From Candidatus Woesebacteria bacterium (GTDB lineage Bacteria > Patescibacteriota > Microgenomatia > UBA1400 > PJMF01), in the NCBI GenBank assembly GCA_050123235.1, contig JASFHL010000001.1:20651-84650 (forward strand): a stretch of DNA of 64,000 bases, written 5' to 3'. A program made the position numbers and the translations under genes. Shown piece by piece: positions 54,621 through 64,000 of this stretch. The notes beneath the pieces are model-generated. The model ran no database searches, was not told where the DNA came from, and saw only the letters and a program-made list of their open reading frames with translations. Each line of letters starts with the position of its first letter. The first letter of the stretch is position 1.

Positions 54621-55598
54621 TTGTTTTGGTTAAAGTTGGGGTATAATTTAGCTATGATTCGGGAACGAATAGGTCAAGCTAGGGCAACTAGCCCAGAAGG
54701 AGAATTTAAGCTAGAAGATTTATGTTACATGGCTAGAGAACTCGACTCAGTAGTCTGGACTGCAAAAGACTTTCCTAGACAGCATAGGCCTGATGTTAGA
54801 GCATTAGTACCAGGGATTAGAATAAGAGATTTTGATCGGCTGGGCTCTCCTCTTGAACTTCATCCTAGGATAAAGAAACAATTTAAAATGAATACATTGA
54901 GAACTCTTAAAGCTTCAAGCGCTGTTTTTGTTTTCAAGAAGATCGCTTATTATGATCCTCAAACAAGGCAAATATTCATCCGGCCAATGGCATTATCATT
55001 TCAAAAACAGAGACTGCAAAGGATTCTTGCTCATGAGTTCTCAGCTGATAATAGCGACAGACTAATGATTATTCAGCCCGGGAATTATACTGATTTTCAA
55101 AGAAAAAAAATTCGGCCCCTTTTAGAAATTCTATTTACCAAAAAACATCGTCCGAGAATGGCTCAAACCCATATTGAAAAAACAGGCTATCGAGAAACAT
55201 TATTTCAAGGTCAATTTGCAATTAGTGATATTTATCCAAGGGAAGTAATTGAGTTGTCAGAAATTTATCATTGCTTGATGGAGTTGATTAGCATGCAGCT
55301 TTTTCAACGAAATGGAGATGTAAAGGCTTTCGATCTTGATATCCAGAGTGGACGGTTGCAGTCACTAGGAGTAATGGAGTATCCTCGTTTTGAGGATATT
55401 GCTTACAAGGCTTTCAGAGTTATAAACTGGAGAACATTATTAGATGCATTTAAAACTGAGGATATTTTTGAAACACTGGCAATACTAGAGACTAGCTCTT
55501 CAAGGTATGGCAAGGGTGTTTGTAATGAGTTGATAAGGGCTAGTAGGCTTGATGAAGGAAATGTATTAGCTCAAAATAAGATGTTTTTTGATTTGTGA
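54621..55598 (+). CDS. Hypothetical protein, divergently adjacent to the radical SAM/HhH gene (possible partner DNA-metabolism protein)
   Basis: 325-aa ORF. No motif recognized by eye. The partner role is inferred only from the conserved pairing of such radical SAM proteins with a second DNA-metabolism gene. Confidence 0.3.
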   Translation: MFWLKLGYNLAMIRERIGQARATSPEGEFKLEDLCYMARELDSVVWTAKDFPRQHRPDVRALVPGIRIRDFDRLGSPLELHPRIKKQFKMNTLRTLKASSAVFVFKKIAYYDPQTRQIFIRPMALSFQKQRLQRILAHEFSADNSDRLMIIQPGNYTDFQRKKIRPLLEILFTKKHRPRMAQTHIEKTGYRETLFQGQFAISDIYPREVIELSEIYHCLMELISMQLFQRNGDVKAFDLDIQSGRLQSLGVMEYPRFEDIAYKAFRVINWRTLLDAFKTEDIFETLAILETSSSRYGKGVCNELIRASRLDEGNVLAQNKMFFDL

Positions 55599-55622
55599 AA
55601 TTTTTTGATTTAATTATTAATT

Positions 55623-56072
55623 ATGAAAAATGAAACTCAGTCCGGAAATATTCTAAGTCATGGTCTAGATAAATGTATTTTAGGTTTTTCATCTGGTTTT
55701 ATATTTTTACTTTCTAGAACTGAAACTGAGATATCAAATCTAGTAGCAAGGTTAGTGGGAGGACATTATCATCGAAGTATTATTGAGCATGGTTTAACTG
55801 CTTTTTGTATGGGATTATTGGCTAATGGCCTATGTGAATTTTTTATTATAGAGTCAGATTCTGATGAAGAGTATCAAGAGTTTTCTCGACGAAAATTGTC
55901 TTTTATTATTGTTTTTGTTTATATTGTTTTATTATTGACAGTAGAACTTTGTCAAACAGTCAAATTAAGTCGGGAATTTCAATGGGAGCAATTAGGAGGC
56001 ACAGGGGTAGGTTTAGCTTCATCTTTATTTGCGATAGCTTTATTAGAATTATTACGAAATAGTGGTAAATAA
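55623..56072 (+). CDS. Hypothetical integral membrane protein
   Basis: 149 aa with 3-4 hydrophobic segments (FIFLLSRTE; LTAFCMGLLANGLCEFFII; IIVFVYIVLLLTV; GLASSLFAIALLELL). Confidence 0.35.
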   Translation: MKNETQSGNILSHGLDKCILGFSSGFIFLLSRTETEISNLVARLVGGHYHRSIIEHGLTAFCMGLLANGLCEFFIIESDSDEEYQEFSRRKLSFIIVFVYIVLLLTVELCQTVKLSREFQWEQLGGTGVGLASSLFAIALLELLRNSGK

Positions 56073-56078
56073 AAAGAT

Positions 56079-56858
56079 ATGAAAAAATTCAGAAAATATG
56101 GAACCAAGCCTTTTAAGCTAGCACTGCTTCATGGCGGTCCAGGAGCTGCCGGAGAAATGGCTGCAGTGGCCAAGGAGCTATCTAAAGAGCATGCTGTTTT
56201 AGAACCATTGCAAAGCAAAACTAGCATCCAGGGTCAAGTTGAAGAACTAAAAGCTATTTTGCAGACAAACGCTGACTTGCCTGTCACATTGATTGGCTAT
56301 TCTTGGGGAGCTTGGCTAGCTTTTATTTTCGCAGCTCAATATCCTAAATTTGTTAAAAAATTAATTTTGCTAGGCAGTGGGGCGTTTGAGGAAAAATATG
56401 CCAAAGATATTATGAAAGTTCGCTTGGCCCGTTTGAGCAAAGCAGAGAGGAAAGAAGTAGATTCTTTGTCTAAAGATTTAGAAAGGGCGGAGCCAGAGCA
56501 AAAAAATGCAATTTTTGCTCAATTTGGTAAATTAATGACTAAGGCAGATTCATATAATCCTTTGCCTGATAAAAATAAATCGATTAATTGTCGCTATGAT
56601 ATTTATGAAAAAGTTTGGCCAGAAGCGGCAGAGTTAAGAAGGACTGGTAAGTTATTGAAGCTGGGCAAAAAGATCCAGTGCCCAGTGGTAGCAATTCATG
56701 GCGATTATGAACCACATTTACCTGAAGGGGTGAGAGTTCCTTTAGCTAAAGTTTTAAAAGATTTTAAATTTATCCTTTTAAAAAAATGCGGACATACAGT
56801 CTGGCTCGAGAAAGAAGCAAGAGCTAAGTTTTATGCTTTGCTGAAAAAAGAACTATGA
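56079..56858 (+). CDS. Alpha/beta hydrolase
   Basis: 259 aa. HGGPG oxyanion region, nucleophile elbow LIGYSWGAWLA (G-x-S-x-G), C-terminal KCGHTVWLE (catalytic His). Confidence 0.65.
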   Translation: MKKFRKYGTKPFKLALLHGGPGAAGEMAAVAKELSKEHAVLEPLQSKTSIQGQVEELKAILQTNADLPVTLIGYSWGAWLAFIFAAQYPKFVKKLILLGSGAFEEKYAKDIMKVRLARLSKAERKEVDSLSKDLERAEPEQKNAIFAQFGKLMTKADSYNPLPDKNKSINCRYDIYEKVWPEAAELRRTGKLLKLGKKIQCPVVAIHGDYEPHLPEGVRVPLAKVLKDFKFILLKKCGHTVWLEKEARAKFYALLKKEL

Positions 56859-56939
56859 TTTCTTTGATCCATAGCTAAGATTTTAGCCTGGGAGGCTGCT
56901 AATAGCCCTTATATTCAAAGGCCGTTTAAGAACGCAACT

Positions 56940-56968
56940 AAAAAGCTCCCGGATGAACCAGGAGCTTT
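56940..56968. terminator. Terminator-like hairpin between convergent genes
   Basis: aaagctcc-cggatgaacca-ggagcttt: 9-bp stem with A/T-rich ends. 19 nt past the stop of the minus-strand RRM gene. Confidence 0.4.
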
Positions 56969-56986
56969 CTTAATTTTAAGATAATT

Positions 56987-57337
56987 TTATCTTGAATAAT
57001 TATCTCTTCTGGGCCTGAAGTCTCTTCTTGGACCTCTTGGACCTCTGGAATCTCTAGGAGCTTGAGGTCGAGCAATGTTAACAATTAACTCTCTTCCTTC
57101 AACTTCCATGCCATTGCTAGCCTCCTCAGCTGCTTTAGCATCTTTTTCCTCTTTAAATTCAACAAAAGCAAAACCTCTAGATCTACCAGTTGCTCGGTCA
57201 ATGATGAGTTTAACTGAAGCTAATTCACCATATTCACTGAACATATTTGTGAGTTCATCCTCGCCTAAGCTAAAGGGTAGGTTACCTACAAAAAGTTTGC
57301 TTTTATTTTGTTGTGCTGTGTCACTTGGACTGAACAT
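56987..57337 (-). CDS. RRM-type RNA-binding protein with Arg/Gly/Pro-rich C-terminal tail
   Basis: 116 aa. RNP2 KLFVGNLPF and RNP1 RGFAFVEF. Tail PRDSRGPRGPRRDFRPRRDNYSR. Confidence 0.8.
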   Translation of the reverse strand: MFSPSDTAQQNKSKLFVGNLPFSLGEDELTNMFSEYGELASVKLIIDRATGRSRGFAFVEFKEEKDAKAAEEASNGMEVEGRELIVNIARPQAPRDSRGPRGPRRDFRPRRDNYSR

Positions 57338-57574
57338 GCTTGTCTTTCTTCTTTCTCCAATTTTTTGGAGAAGATTATTAATAACTTAACAGTGTAATTT
57401 ATCACTGTTTTCTCTGGAAAGTAGTGTTGAAGATGGGAACTTATCGGCTTGATACCGTGATCACCTGTGCATCAAGCACTAATTACAGATATATAAAAAT
57501 ATATATTTATATTATACCATGGTATTTGTAAAGCTACTAGATGACTATAGTGGCTCAGCTAAAAAAAGATTAAA

Positions 57575-57928
57575 ATGATCACTATGAACGAAAATTTACC
57601 ACAAGCTCCAAAAAGCAATGCGCAGACCCAAAGTATTTATGATGTGAGTTTAAGCACTATCTTTGGGCGTAATTTTTTGGCTGGTATGAGCCGAGCTTTA
57701 GGAGGGATTTTTATCTATCTGCTTTTTTTAATTTGTCTATTTTTGATTTTAAAATCAATCTTTTGGCCTAAACTAGAGCCATACTTAGATTCCTATCAAA
57801 AAGCAATGCAGTCAATTGAACAACTAGAAAGACAAAGCGAAGTTTTAAATTCTTTGCAAAAAAAAAGCAACGAAGTGGTAGATCAAGAACAAGTAAATAA
57901 TTTACTTAAAAAACTGGGAGAACTGTGA
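57575..57928 (+). CDS. Hypothetical small membrane protein
   Basis: 117 aa. One TM (IFIYLLFLICLFLILKSIFW). Stop overlaps the GTG/ATG start region of the downstream response regulator. Confidence 0.35.
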   Translation: MITMNENLPQAPKSNAQTQSIYDVSLSTIFGRNFLAGMSRALGGIFIYLLFLICLFLILKSIFWPKLEPYLDSYQKAMQSIEQLERQSEVLNSLQKKSNEVVDQEQVNNLLKKLGEL

Positions 57929-58602
57929 GATTGTTGATGGTCGAAGACCAAGTTGCGCTGGCAAAAATTGTAAAGAATTCTTTTAAAAAATCATTTGTAG
58001 TAGATTTAGCTCAGACAGGCAAAGAAGCTTTATACCAAGCTAGCGTGACTGACTACCAAGCGATCATCTTGGATATAGGCTTGCCAGATGTAGATGGTTT
58101 TACTGTTTGTCAGCAACTAAGATCAGCAAAGATTGATTGCCCGATTTTGATCCTGAGCGCTCATGGTAAACTAAGTGAAAAGGTCAGAGGTTTAGATCTA
58201 GGCGCTGATGATTATTTGACTAAGCCATTTGAGCTGCTAGAGTTACAGGCCAGGGTGAGGGCCTTATTAAGAAGAAAAACGAAATTGCTGTCGTCTAAAT
58301 TGACTCTAGGAGCACTAAGTCTCGATTTTGAAAAACGAAAAGTAGCATATCAAAATATTGATATACCTTTGAATAAAAAAGAGTTTTTAATTCTGGGATT
58401 ATTAATGCAAAACCCTGGGCGTATTTTTAGTAGGGAGGCGATCTTAGAACAAGTTTGGCCAAACCCATATTCCAGTTCTAGTAACTTAGTTGATGTTTAT
58501 ATTAGTTTTTTAAGAAAAAAAATTGATAGAAGATTTGGGGTGAAGTTTATAAGGACGGTGCATGGGAGAGGGTATAGGGTGGTGGGGATGAAGGAAGATT
58601 AA
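57925..58602 (+). CDS. OmpR-family two-component response regulator
   Basis: 225 aa. Receiver LLMVEDQ...DYQAIILDIGLPDVDGF...KPF. Winged-helix output domain ending TVHGRGYR. The start may be GTG 57925 or ATG 57937. Confidence 0.8.
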   Translation: MRLLMVEDQVALAKIVKNSFKKSFVVDLAQTGKEALYQASVTDYQAIILDIGLPDVDGFTVCQQLRSAKIDCPILILSAHGKLSEKVRGLDLGADDYLTKPFELLELQARVRALLRRKTKLLSSKLTLGALSLDFEKRKVAYQNIDIPLNKKEFLILGLLMQNPGRIFSREAILEQVWPNPYSSSSNLVDVYISFLRKKIDRRFGVKFIRTVHGRGYRVVGMKED

Positions 58603-58609
58603 GGAAATT

Positions 58610-59272
58610 ATGAACGATAGAGATAAAAAAATACTACTAAAATTAAAAAAGATAATAAAGAAAAGATTTATCAATGAGGCGACGGGGCATGATTGGTTTC
58701 ATATGGAGCGGGTGTTACAAATGGCAGTAAAGATTTCGGAGGAAGAAAAGCCAAGTGATATTTTTGTACTTGAAGCTGCTTCTTTATTACATGATATAGC
58801 TGATTATAAATTTTCTGATGGTGATGAAAAAATTGGATTATTGGAAGCTAGAAGGATTCTTCAAAATTTAGGCGTGGATGAAAAAAAAATAAAGCATGTT
58901 TGTCAAATAATAGATAGTGTTTCCTTTAAAGGTCTGAAAGTAAAAACAAGAGTAGAAACTCTAGAAGGTAAAATTGTTCATGATGCTGATCGCTTGGATT
59001 CAATTGGAGCCCTAGGAATTGCTAGAACTTTTGCTTATGGAGGCAGAATGGCTAGAATACTACATGATCCTAGGATAAAACCAGTTAAGCATAGTTCTTT
59101 TGAAGATTATAAAAAAAAGCAAAGTACGACAATTAACCATTTTTATGAAAAGTTACTTTATATCAAGAATACTCTCTATACTGATTTAGCAAAAAATATA
59201 GCACAGTCAAGACATGATTTTATGTTACAGTTTTTAGAAAAATTTTATAAAGAATGGGATAGTAAAGAATAA
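58610..59272 (+). CDS. HD-domain phosphohydrolase
   Basis: 220 aa. H...HD motif: WFHMERVLQMAV ... LLHDIADYKF ... HDADRLDSIGALGIARTFAYGG. Confidence 0.75.
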   Translation: MNDRDKKILLKLKKIIKKRFINEATGHDWFHMERVLQMAVKISEEEKPSDIFVLEAASLLHDIADYKFSDGDEKIGLLEARRILQNLGVDEKKIKHVCQIIDSVSFKGLKVKTRVETLEGKIVHDADRLDSIGALGIARTFAYGGRMARILHDPRIKPVKHSSFEDYKKKQSTTINHFYEKLLYIKNTLYTDLAKNIAQSRHDFMLQFLEKFYKEWDSKE

Positions 59273-59274
59273 AT

Positions 59275-60570
59275 TTATAATTTTTTGATCATAGAAAATT
59301 CTTCTAAGGCTTTAAGGAAGACAGATGTTTTAAGAATATTATCATTCATTCCTAGAAAAATTTTTTCATTTTTTGCTTTTTTAAAATATTTATCTTTTTG
59401 ATTTTTGTTGTTTTTAATATGGCATATTAAACTGAATCCTATGTTATTCCATAACATTGCGCCAGCTCTTCTATGTGCTTTGTTTTCTAAATTGATGCTT
59501 TTGGAGAAATATTTTCCTGCTAGTGGAAGATTATTTTCTTGTAAGGCAATCCCTCCTAATCTGGTACAAATTATTGATTGTTGAGGTAAATCTTTGATTT
59601 TGATAGTAATATTTAGGGCTTGGTTTAATATTTTTTTTGCCTTTTTAAATTGCTTCTTTAGCCAGTAGGTTTCACCTAAATAAGTTAACGTATCTCCTAT
59701 TTCTTCTAGTTCATTTAGATGATTCAGCTCATATAAAGATTGTTGAAAAAGATCAATAGCTTTTTGATATTTTTCTTTTGCTTGATAAATTTTTCCTAAA
59801 CGTAATTTAGCTAGAGCGTAAATTTTTTTTGTTTGTTGGTTTGAACTTATAGAAAGGCCTATTTGAGCATACTTTTCTGCTTGTTTAAGATCACCTCTCC
59901 AGAAATATAACCACGATAATTCTCTAATAGAGCAGGCTGCTCTTTGATGAGGATCATTTAATTTTAAGGACAAGTTATATACCACCCGCCCCAGCCTCTC
60001 TACATCATCCCACCTACCTGTATCCCAAAGAAAAATTCCCAAATAGTTCCAGATCTCAATTACTGGTTGATAGATGTGGAATTTAAGACTTTTATCAATG
60101 GTGTTCAAAATATCAGCCAGTTGTCTTTCAATTTCATTGTAATAATAGATATTGCCTCTTTTACCTTGTTTTAGAAAGTCGAGGTAATAGCTTAATACTT
60201 TTCTTAATTTGACTATAGTTTCAATTTGTCCTTCCAATTGGAATTTAATTTTCAATTGTTTTTGGAAAAGAAAGTTTTTTTCTGTTTCAGTTAGATAACC
60301 ATAACCTGCTGCTTCACAGAGTTGATTAGCTTGATCAGCTGTATTAAGTCCTTCGTTTTCAATAAAAATTTTTAAAATATAAATCAAGGTTTCTCGGTCA
60401 CAGGGTAGTCTAGCGCCTCTTTGCCAATGTGAATAAATGCTTTCGCTATAGATTAAACCTTCATCTGCCATCGTATCAGCGAATTCTGAGAGAGTGGCGA
60501 AGCCTGATTTCAAACGATATTTTTTAAAGAGTTTAGCAAAAGTTAGATAAGGATTGATATGGTTCTTCAC
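59275..60570 (-). CDS. Tetratricopeptide-repeat protein, possibly with N-terminal HTH
   Basis: 431 aa. Multiple 34-residue TPR-like units (W-LG-Y-A-F-P pattern, e.g. AKLRLGKIYQAKEKYQKAIDLFQQSL). Confidence 0.55.
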   Translation of the reverse strand: MKNHINPYLTFAKLFKKYRLKSGFATLSEFADTMADEGLIYSESIYSHWQRGARLPCDRETLIYILKIFIENEGLNTADQANQLCEAAGYGYLTETEKNFLFQKQLKIKFQLEGQIETIVKLRKVLSYYLDFLKQGKRGNIYYYNEIERQLADILNTIDKSLKFHIYQPVIEIWNYLGIFLWDTGRWDDVERLGRVVYNLSLKLNDPHQRAACSIRELSWLYFWRGDLKQAEKYAQIGLSISSNQQTKKIYALAKLRLGKIYQAKEKYQKAIDLFQQSLYELNHLNELEEIGDTLTYLGETYWLKKQFKKAKKILNQALNITIKIKDLPQQSIICTRLGGIALQENNLPLAGKYFSKSINLENKAHRRAGAMLWNNIGFSLICHIKNNKNQKDKYFKKAKNEKIFLGMNDNILKTSVFLKALEEFSMIKKL

Positions 60571-60752
60571 TGTTAATTATATTTTAATTGATGTTTAGCG
60601 CTTTTCTAATGAGTAATCTTTACTTATTAGATTTTTATATACTTTAAACAGAAAAAATCAGTTTTTGATTGTCAAAATCGATGACTTTATGGTCATTCTA
60701 TTTTTACATTTGTCTTTGTTTAATGTTTTTGTCTAAAAGTTTTATTTAATTA

Positions 60753-61502
60753 ATGAAGAAAAAAAAAGTAAAACAACAGCTCAGTTTATTGCATGACTTA
60801 GTTAATCCACTCAGTAGCACAATTTTGATTCTGGAAAAAATGAAAGCAGAAGGTAATTTCGATTTATTACCAAGTCTAAAAGAAAATTTGTCCGAGTTAG
60901 AGATTTCTTTGCAAAAGATGATTGATAATATTAATTTAGCCAAAAAACTTTTTGTGGAAGAAAGTGAAGTTAAATATTTTTCTCTCAATCAGGCGATTAC
61001 TAAGTGCTTAAAATTGATTGCTGTAAAGGCAAAAGAGCAGCAGATTGGCATTTGTTTTATTGCTCAAGAGCAAATCAGGCTCTATGGTGATGAGCTTAAA
61101 TTAATTAGAGTAATTACTAGTTTACTAGATAATGCGGTCGCAGCTTATAAACAGGTTTCAATGAGATCCAAATCTAAAGCTAAACGTCGGATTCAGGTCA
61201 CTGTTAGCTTAGTTGCTAATGGAGTTAATATTAGCATCCAAGATTGGGGTGGTGGTATCAAAAAAGAAGATCAGGCTTTGATTTTTTATCCTTTTTTTAA
61301 TGCAGGAAAAAAAACTGGACCTATTCTTTCTAAAGCAAATTTATTTGCTCTTATTAAAAAGCCAGGATCATATAAGTCACAGCGATCAGGGATCAGCCTT
61401 TTTATTTGCAAAAATATTATTGAAAACGATTTCGAAGGCAGTATCACTTTTACTAGTCGCTGGCGCCATGGGACAACTTTTTTTATTTTTTTAGCTCGTT
61501 GA
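60753..61502 (+). CDS. Soluble sensor histidine kinase core (HisKA + HATPase_c), no TM or sensor domain
   Basis: 249 aa. H-box LSLLHDLVNPLSS. N-box LLDNAVAAY. G-boxes IQDWGGGI and SGISLFICKNIIE. Confidence 0.65.
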   Translation: MKKKKVKQQLSLLHDLVNPLSSTILILEKMKAEGNFDLLPSLKENLSELEISLQKMIDNINLAKKLFVEESEVKYFSLNQAITKCLKLIAVKAKEQQIGICFIAQEQIRLYGDELKLIRVITSLLDNAVAAYKQVSMRSKSKAKRRIQVTVSLVANGVNISIQDWGGGIKKEDQALIFYPFFNAGKKTGPILSKANLFALIKKPGSYKSQRSGISLFICKNIIENDFEGSITFTSRWRHGTTFFIFLAR

Positions 61503-61520
61503 TTGACTTTTGTTTTATGT

Positions 61521-61684
61521 TAACCTGAATCTCGAAATAGTCCCTTGGCTAATTTCACTCTATTTGGCAATTTTAGCTATTTTCCTCTTCCTCAAGTAGC
61601 TACGGCTACTATTGTCATCTGAAAATGCTAAAATTACTCAAATATATTATAATTACCTCAAGGTTTATTTCGAGATTCAGGTTA
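61521..61684. repeat. Inverted-repeat-bounded intergenic element (fourth such element)
   Basis: Perfect 19-bp inverted repeat taacctgaatctcgaaata (61521-39) / tatttcgagattcaggtta (61666-84) enclosing 126 nt. It exactly fills the gap between the histidine kinase stop and the next gene's ATG. Confidence 0.4.
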
Positions 61685-61685
61685 T

Positions 61686-63110
61686 ATGCAAAATATTATG
61701 AAACGTAAGATTAAGAATCTTCCAGCAACTCCTAGTTTTTTAAAAAGTTTTACGCCTTCTTTTATTCTTTTAAGTTTATCTTTAAGTGCTGCTGAGTTGG
61801 TTTTATGGCCTTATTTAGCAGCTCATTATGGTTTAGGTTTGTTGTGGGGAGCTTTGCTTGCTCTTAGTTTTCAGTTTATTCTCAACACAGAGGCGATGCG
61901 TTACTCTCTTGCTTGGGGAGAGTCTATTTTTTTAGGTTTTAGAAAAATGAGCCGTTTCTTACCTTTGTGGTTTATCATTTCTACTTTAATACCTTGGTCA
62001 TTGCCTGCTTTTGCTGCTGTAGCTAGTCAGATCTTAGCTCAGTTTGCAACTGATTTTAGTGAGAAGTTTTTGCTGATTTTTTTCTTGGTGATGAGTGGCA
62101 TCATGCTGAGTGCTGGCCAGCTTATTCATCAGCTTATAGAAAAGTTTCAAAAATTAATTATTTTCATAACTTTGCTCCTGATTGTTTTTTTTGCTTTTGT
62201 TTTAAGTAAATCTATAGATTGGAATGAGGCAGTTTTGGGCTTGCTAGCTAGAGGAAAGAGTTGGTGGCTATTTCCTAAAGGTATTAGTTTGGCTAGTTTT
62301 TTAGCAGCTTTTGCTTATGCTGGCGCTAGTGGTGGCAACTTTAATCTGGGTAAATCTTATGATATTAAAGAAAAAGGTCTTGGGATGGCCAAATATACTG
62401 GCAAGATAAGGCCTTTGTTTGCAGATGGAGCAAAAGCAATGGCAATTGAGGGTCGGCGTTTTGTAGATACTCCTAGAAATCGCCGACAATGGCAGAAATG
62501 CTGGCATTTAATTAATCAAGGACAGTTTTTTATTTCCTGGGTTTTGGCTTTATTGATGATTGTTTTATTATCAGTCTTGGCAAAAACTTTGCTTTTTGGC
62601 AAAGAAATAACAGCAGGCTTAGGCTTTTTTTATACTGAGCTTACTGTGATTCAAGCTCGTTTGGGTTCTAGTCTTAGCCTTTTATTTTTATTAATGGTAG
62701 TATTAATGCTTTTTTTTGCTCAAGTAAAAGTATTTAAATCTTCATCCAGAATAGTAAGCGAAAATTTATCATTACTGTTTTATAGAAAAGGCAAGAAAAT
62801 CAATTTATCTCTTGGTTTTTATCTTGCTTTATGGTTGCAGATTTTTGCTGGGATGGCAATTTATTTATTGCTGTGGAACGATGCTATGTTTTTGTTAATT
62901 TCAGCTGCTGTTTTAAATGCAGCTGTGATGGCCATTGCTTTTCCGCTCGTTTATTTTTTGAACAACAAAAAGTTGGCTAAGTTTTATCAACCAGCAAGCT
63001 GGCGGAAATATACTATGCTCATAGCTTTTATAATTTTTCTATTTTTAATTGGAGTAATACTGGTCAATTTTATTTCTTCTTACCCATCAAGCGTCTTCCC
63101 AGCCATTTGA
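61686..63110 (+). CDS. Polytopic integral membrane protein (possible transporter)
   Basis: 474 aa with ~10-11 hydrophobic segments. No family-specific motif recognized with confidence. Confidence 0.45.
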   Translation: MQNIMKRKIKNLPATPSFLKSFTPSFILLSLSLSAAELVLWPYLAAHYGLGLLWGALLALSFQFILNTEAMRYSLAWGESIFLGFRKMSRFLPLWFIISTLIPWSLPAFAAVASQILAQFATDFSEKFLLIFFLVMSGIMLSAGQLIHQLIEKFQKLIIFITLLLIVFFAFVLSKSIDWNEAVLGLLARGKSWWLFPKGISLASFLAAFAYAGASGGNFNLGKSYDIKEKGLGMAKYTGKIRPLFADGAKAMAIEGRRFVDTPRNRRQWQKCWHLINQGQFFISWVLALLMIVLLSVLAKTLLFGKEITAGLGFFYTELTVIQARLGSSLSLLFLLMVVLMLFFAQVKVFKSSSRIVSENLSLLFYRKGKKINLSLGFYLALWLQIFAGMAIYLLLWNDAMFLLISAAVLNAAVMAIAFPLVYFLNNKKLAKFYQPASWRKYTMLIAFIIFLFLIGVILVNFISSYPSSVFPAI

Positions 63111-64000
63111 GTACTAAGACTATTGGCAACCAGATAACAGCATAAACTAGCACCCAGATAGCTACTTGGGCAACTAGATAAAGTATGCTTGAAGCTGAAT
63201 CCCAAGCATTTCTGAGACTTTCCAGTAAGCTAGGTCTGTAAGTTCTAGGATTAAAGAAAGCTTCACTATCAGCGACGGTGAGGACTACACTAGCGTATGA
63301 AATTCTAGTTTCAGTGCTTTCTAAGCTTTTCTTAGCAGCTTCAATCTGTCTTTCCAATCTGTCAATTTCCAACTGAATTTTTTTCCTTTGACTCTCGGTT
63401 TTGGCTTCTTCAAGCTCGATTTCTTTGAGAGCTTTTTGGTTTTCAAGTTTTTCTATAGCCTCGTTTTTATTCACTAATTGGCCAGTGCGATCTTGAGCAG
63501 TAATGTTTTCACTTATAACTTTTTTAGCTTCGTTGGCTACTCTAGTTGTTGCTTCATCAAATTTTTCAACAGGAATCTTGGCATAAATATGACCATATTG
63601 GTATTTTTCATTGCTACTAGTTTCGGTAGATAGAATACGGCCATCAATGCTTAAGAAATATTCTTTGATTTGCCTAATATATGAAGAAACATCATCAGCT
63701 ACTAAATTATGGGAAGAACTTTTTTCATAAAGACGTTCATCAACTTCCAGTGCATCATCTGGATAACTGGGGTAATAGGGAGTACCGGCAGTCTCGATAT
63801 CAGAAGGAGAGATTTTTCTTTCTAAAGTTTCTACTCCCTGACCTTGAGAAGAGCCTCCTACATTAGAGTCAAAGCTAGCGGCAGGATATACTTCTTCATC
63901 CACCAGAGCCGCTTTTTTACTGCTTTTAAGCAATGAGCTTAGAGGTTTACCATCAGGCATTCTGCCTTTAACAGAAAGAGTAGCCAGGGCAGTAATTAGT
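63070..64000 (-). CDS. Hypothetical coiled-coil protein with C-terminal TM; 5' end lies beyond the window
   Basis: Frame open to position 64000 on the minus strand. Coiled-coil IEKLENQKALKEIELEEAKTESQRKKIQLEIDRLERQIEAAKKSLE. C-terminal TM ILYLVAQVAIWVLVYAVIWLPIVLVL. Overlaps the 3' end of the preceding gene by 41 nt. Confidence 0.4.
   Translation of the reverse strand, partial: LITALATLSVKGRMPDGKPLSSLLKSSKKAALVDEEVYPAASFDSNVGGSSQGQGVETLERKISPSDIETAGTPYYPSYPDDALEVDERLYEKSSSHNLVADDVSSYIRQIKEYFLSIDGRILSTETSSNEKYQYGHIYAKIPVEKFDEATTRVANEAKKVISENITAQDRTGQLVNKNEAIEKLENQKALKEIELEEAKTESQRKKIQLEIDRLERQIEAAKKSLESTETRISYASVVLTVADSEAFFNPRTYRPSLLESLRNAWDSASSILYLVAQVAIWVLVYAVIWLPIVLVLKWLGRRLMGKKK

Noticed and set aside
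56860-56986. Small RNA between the alpha/beta hydrolase and RRM genes
   Set aside because: It contains two short hairpins, but the 127-bp gap between convergent genes is fully explained by their terminators.
1-64000. CRISPR array or cas genes
   Set aside because: No run of regularly spaced 25-40-bp direct repeats anywhere in the window. No Cas-like motifs (RuvC, HNH, HD-helicase) in any ORF.

Overview
This 64-kb window is AT-rich (~30-35% GC) and densely coding. It looks like a small-genome, CPR/Patescibacteria-like bacterium: compact divergent housekeeping proteins, giant surface proteins and many hypothetical proteins. The phylum is my inference from composition and gene content only.

Housekeeping content that I can read directly from the translations:
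- An F1-type ATP synthase core in the order alpha-gamma-beta, with an epsilon-like gene displaced 4.5 kb away on the opposite strand and no recognizable a or c subunit.
- The secE-nusG-rplK-rplA and rplJ-rplL blocks, split by a 5.7-kb insertion of opposite-strand genes (pfkB kinase, ahcY, thrS).
- ndk, murD, an mreB-like gene, argS, rpmG and seven tRNAs: Arg-CCT, Pro-CGG, Thr-GGT, Tyr-GTA, Thr-TGT, Trp-CCA, with anticodons read by hand.

Accessory content:
- Three giant or repetitive surface proteins (a 1431-aa beta-helix protein, a 966-aa Cys-rich protein, a PKD-domain protein).
- A radical-SAM/HhH DNA-repair-like gene pair.
- An OmpR-type regulator and a soluble histidine kinase.
- Many hypotheticals.

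The most unusual non-coding structure:
1. Four 125-165-bp intergenic elements, each closed by a perfect 19-28-bp inverted repeat. Two of them share a conserved ~80-nt core but have completely different, individually perfect closing stems, which reads as compensatory covariation.
2. A tandem array of single-gene modules downstream of tRNA-Trp. Each module ends in a degenerate copy of the tRNA-Trp 3' half plus its terminator hairpin. This looks like an accretion hotspot or cassette array, with no recombinase in the window.
3. A small GC-rich gene with a perfect SD and terminator beside an excisionase-family HTH gene.

All functional calls are from motif recognition by eye. No database search or folding was run.
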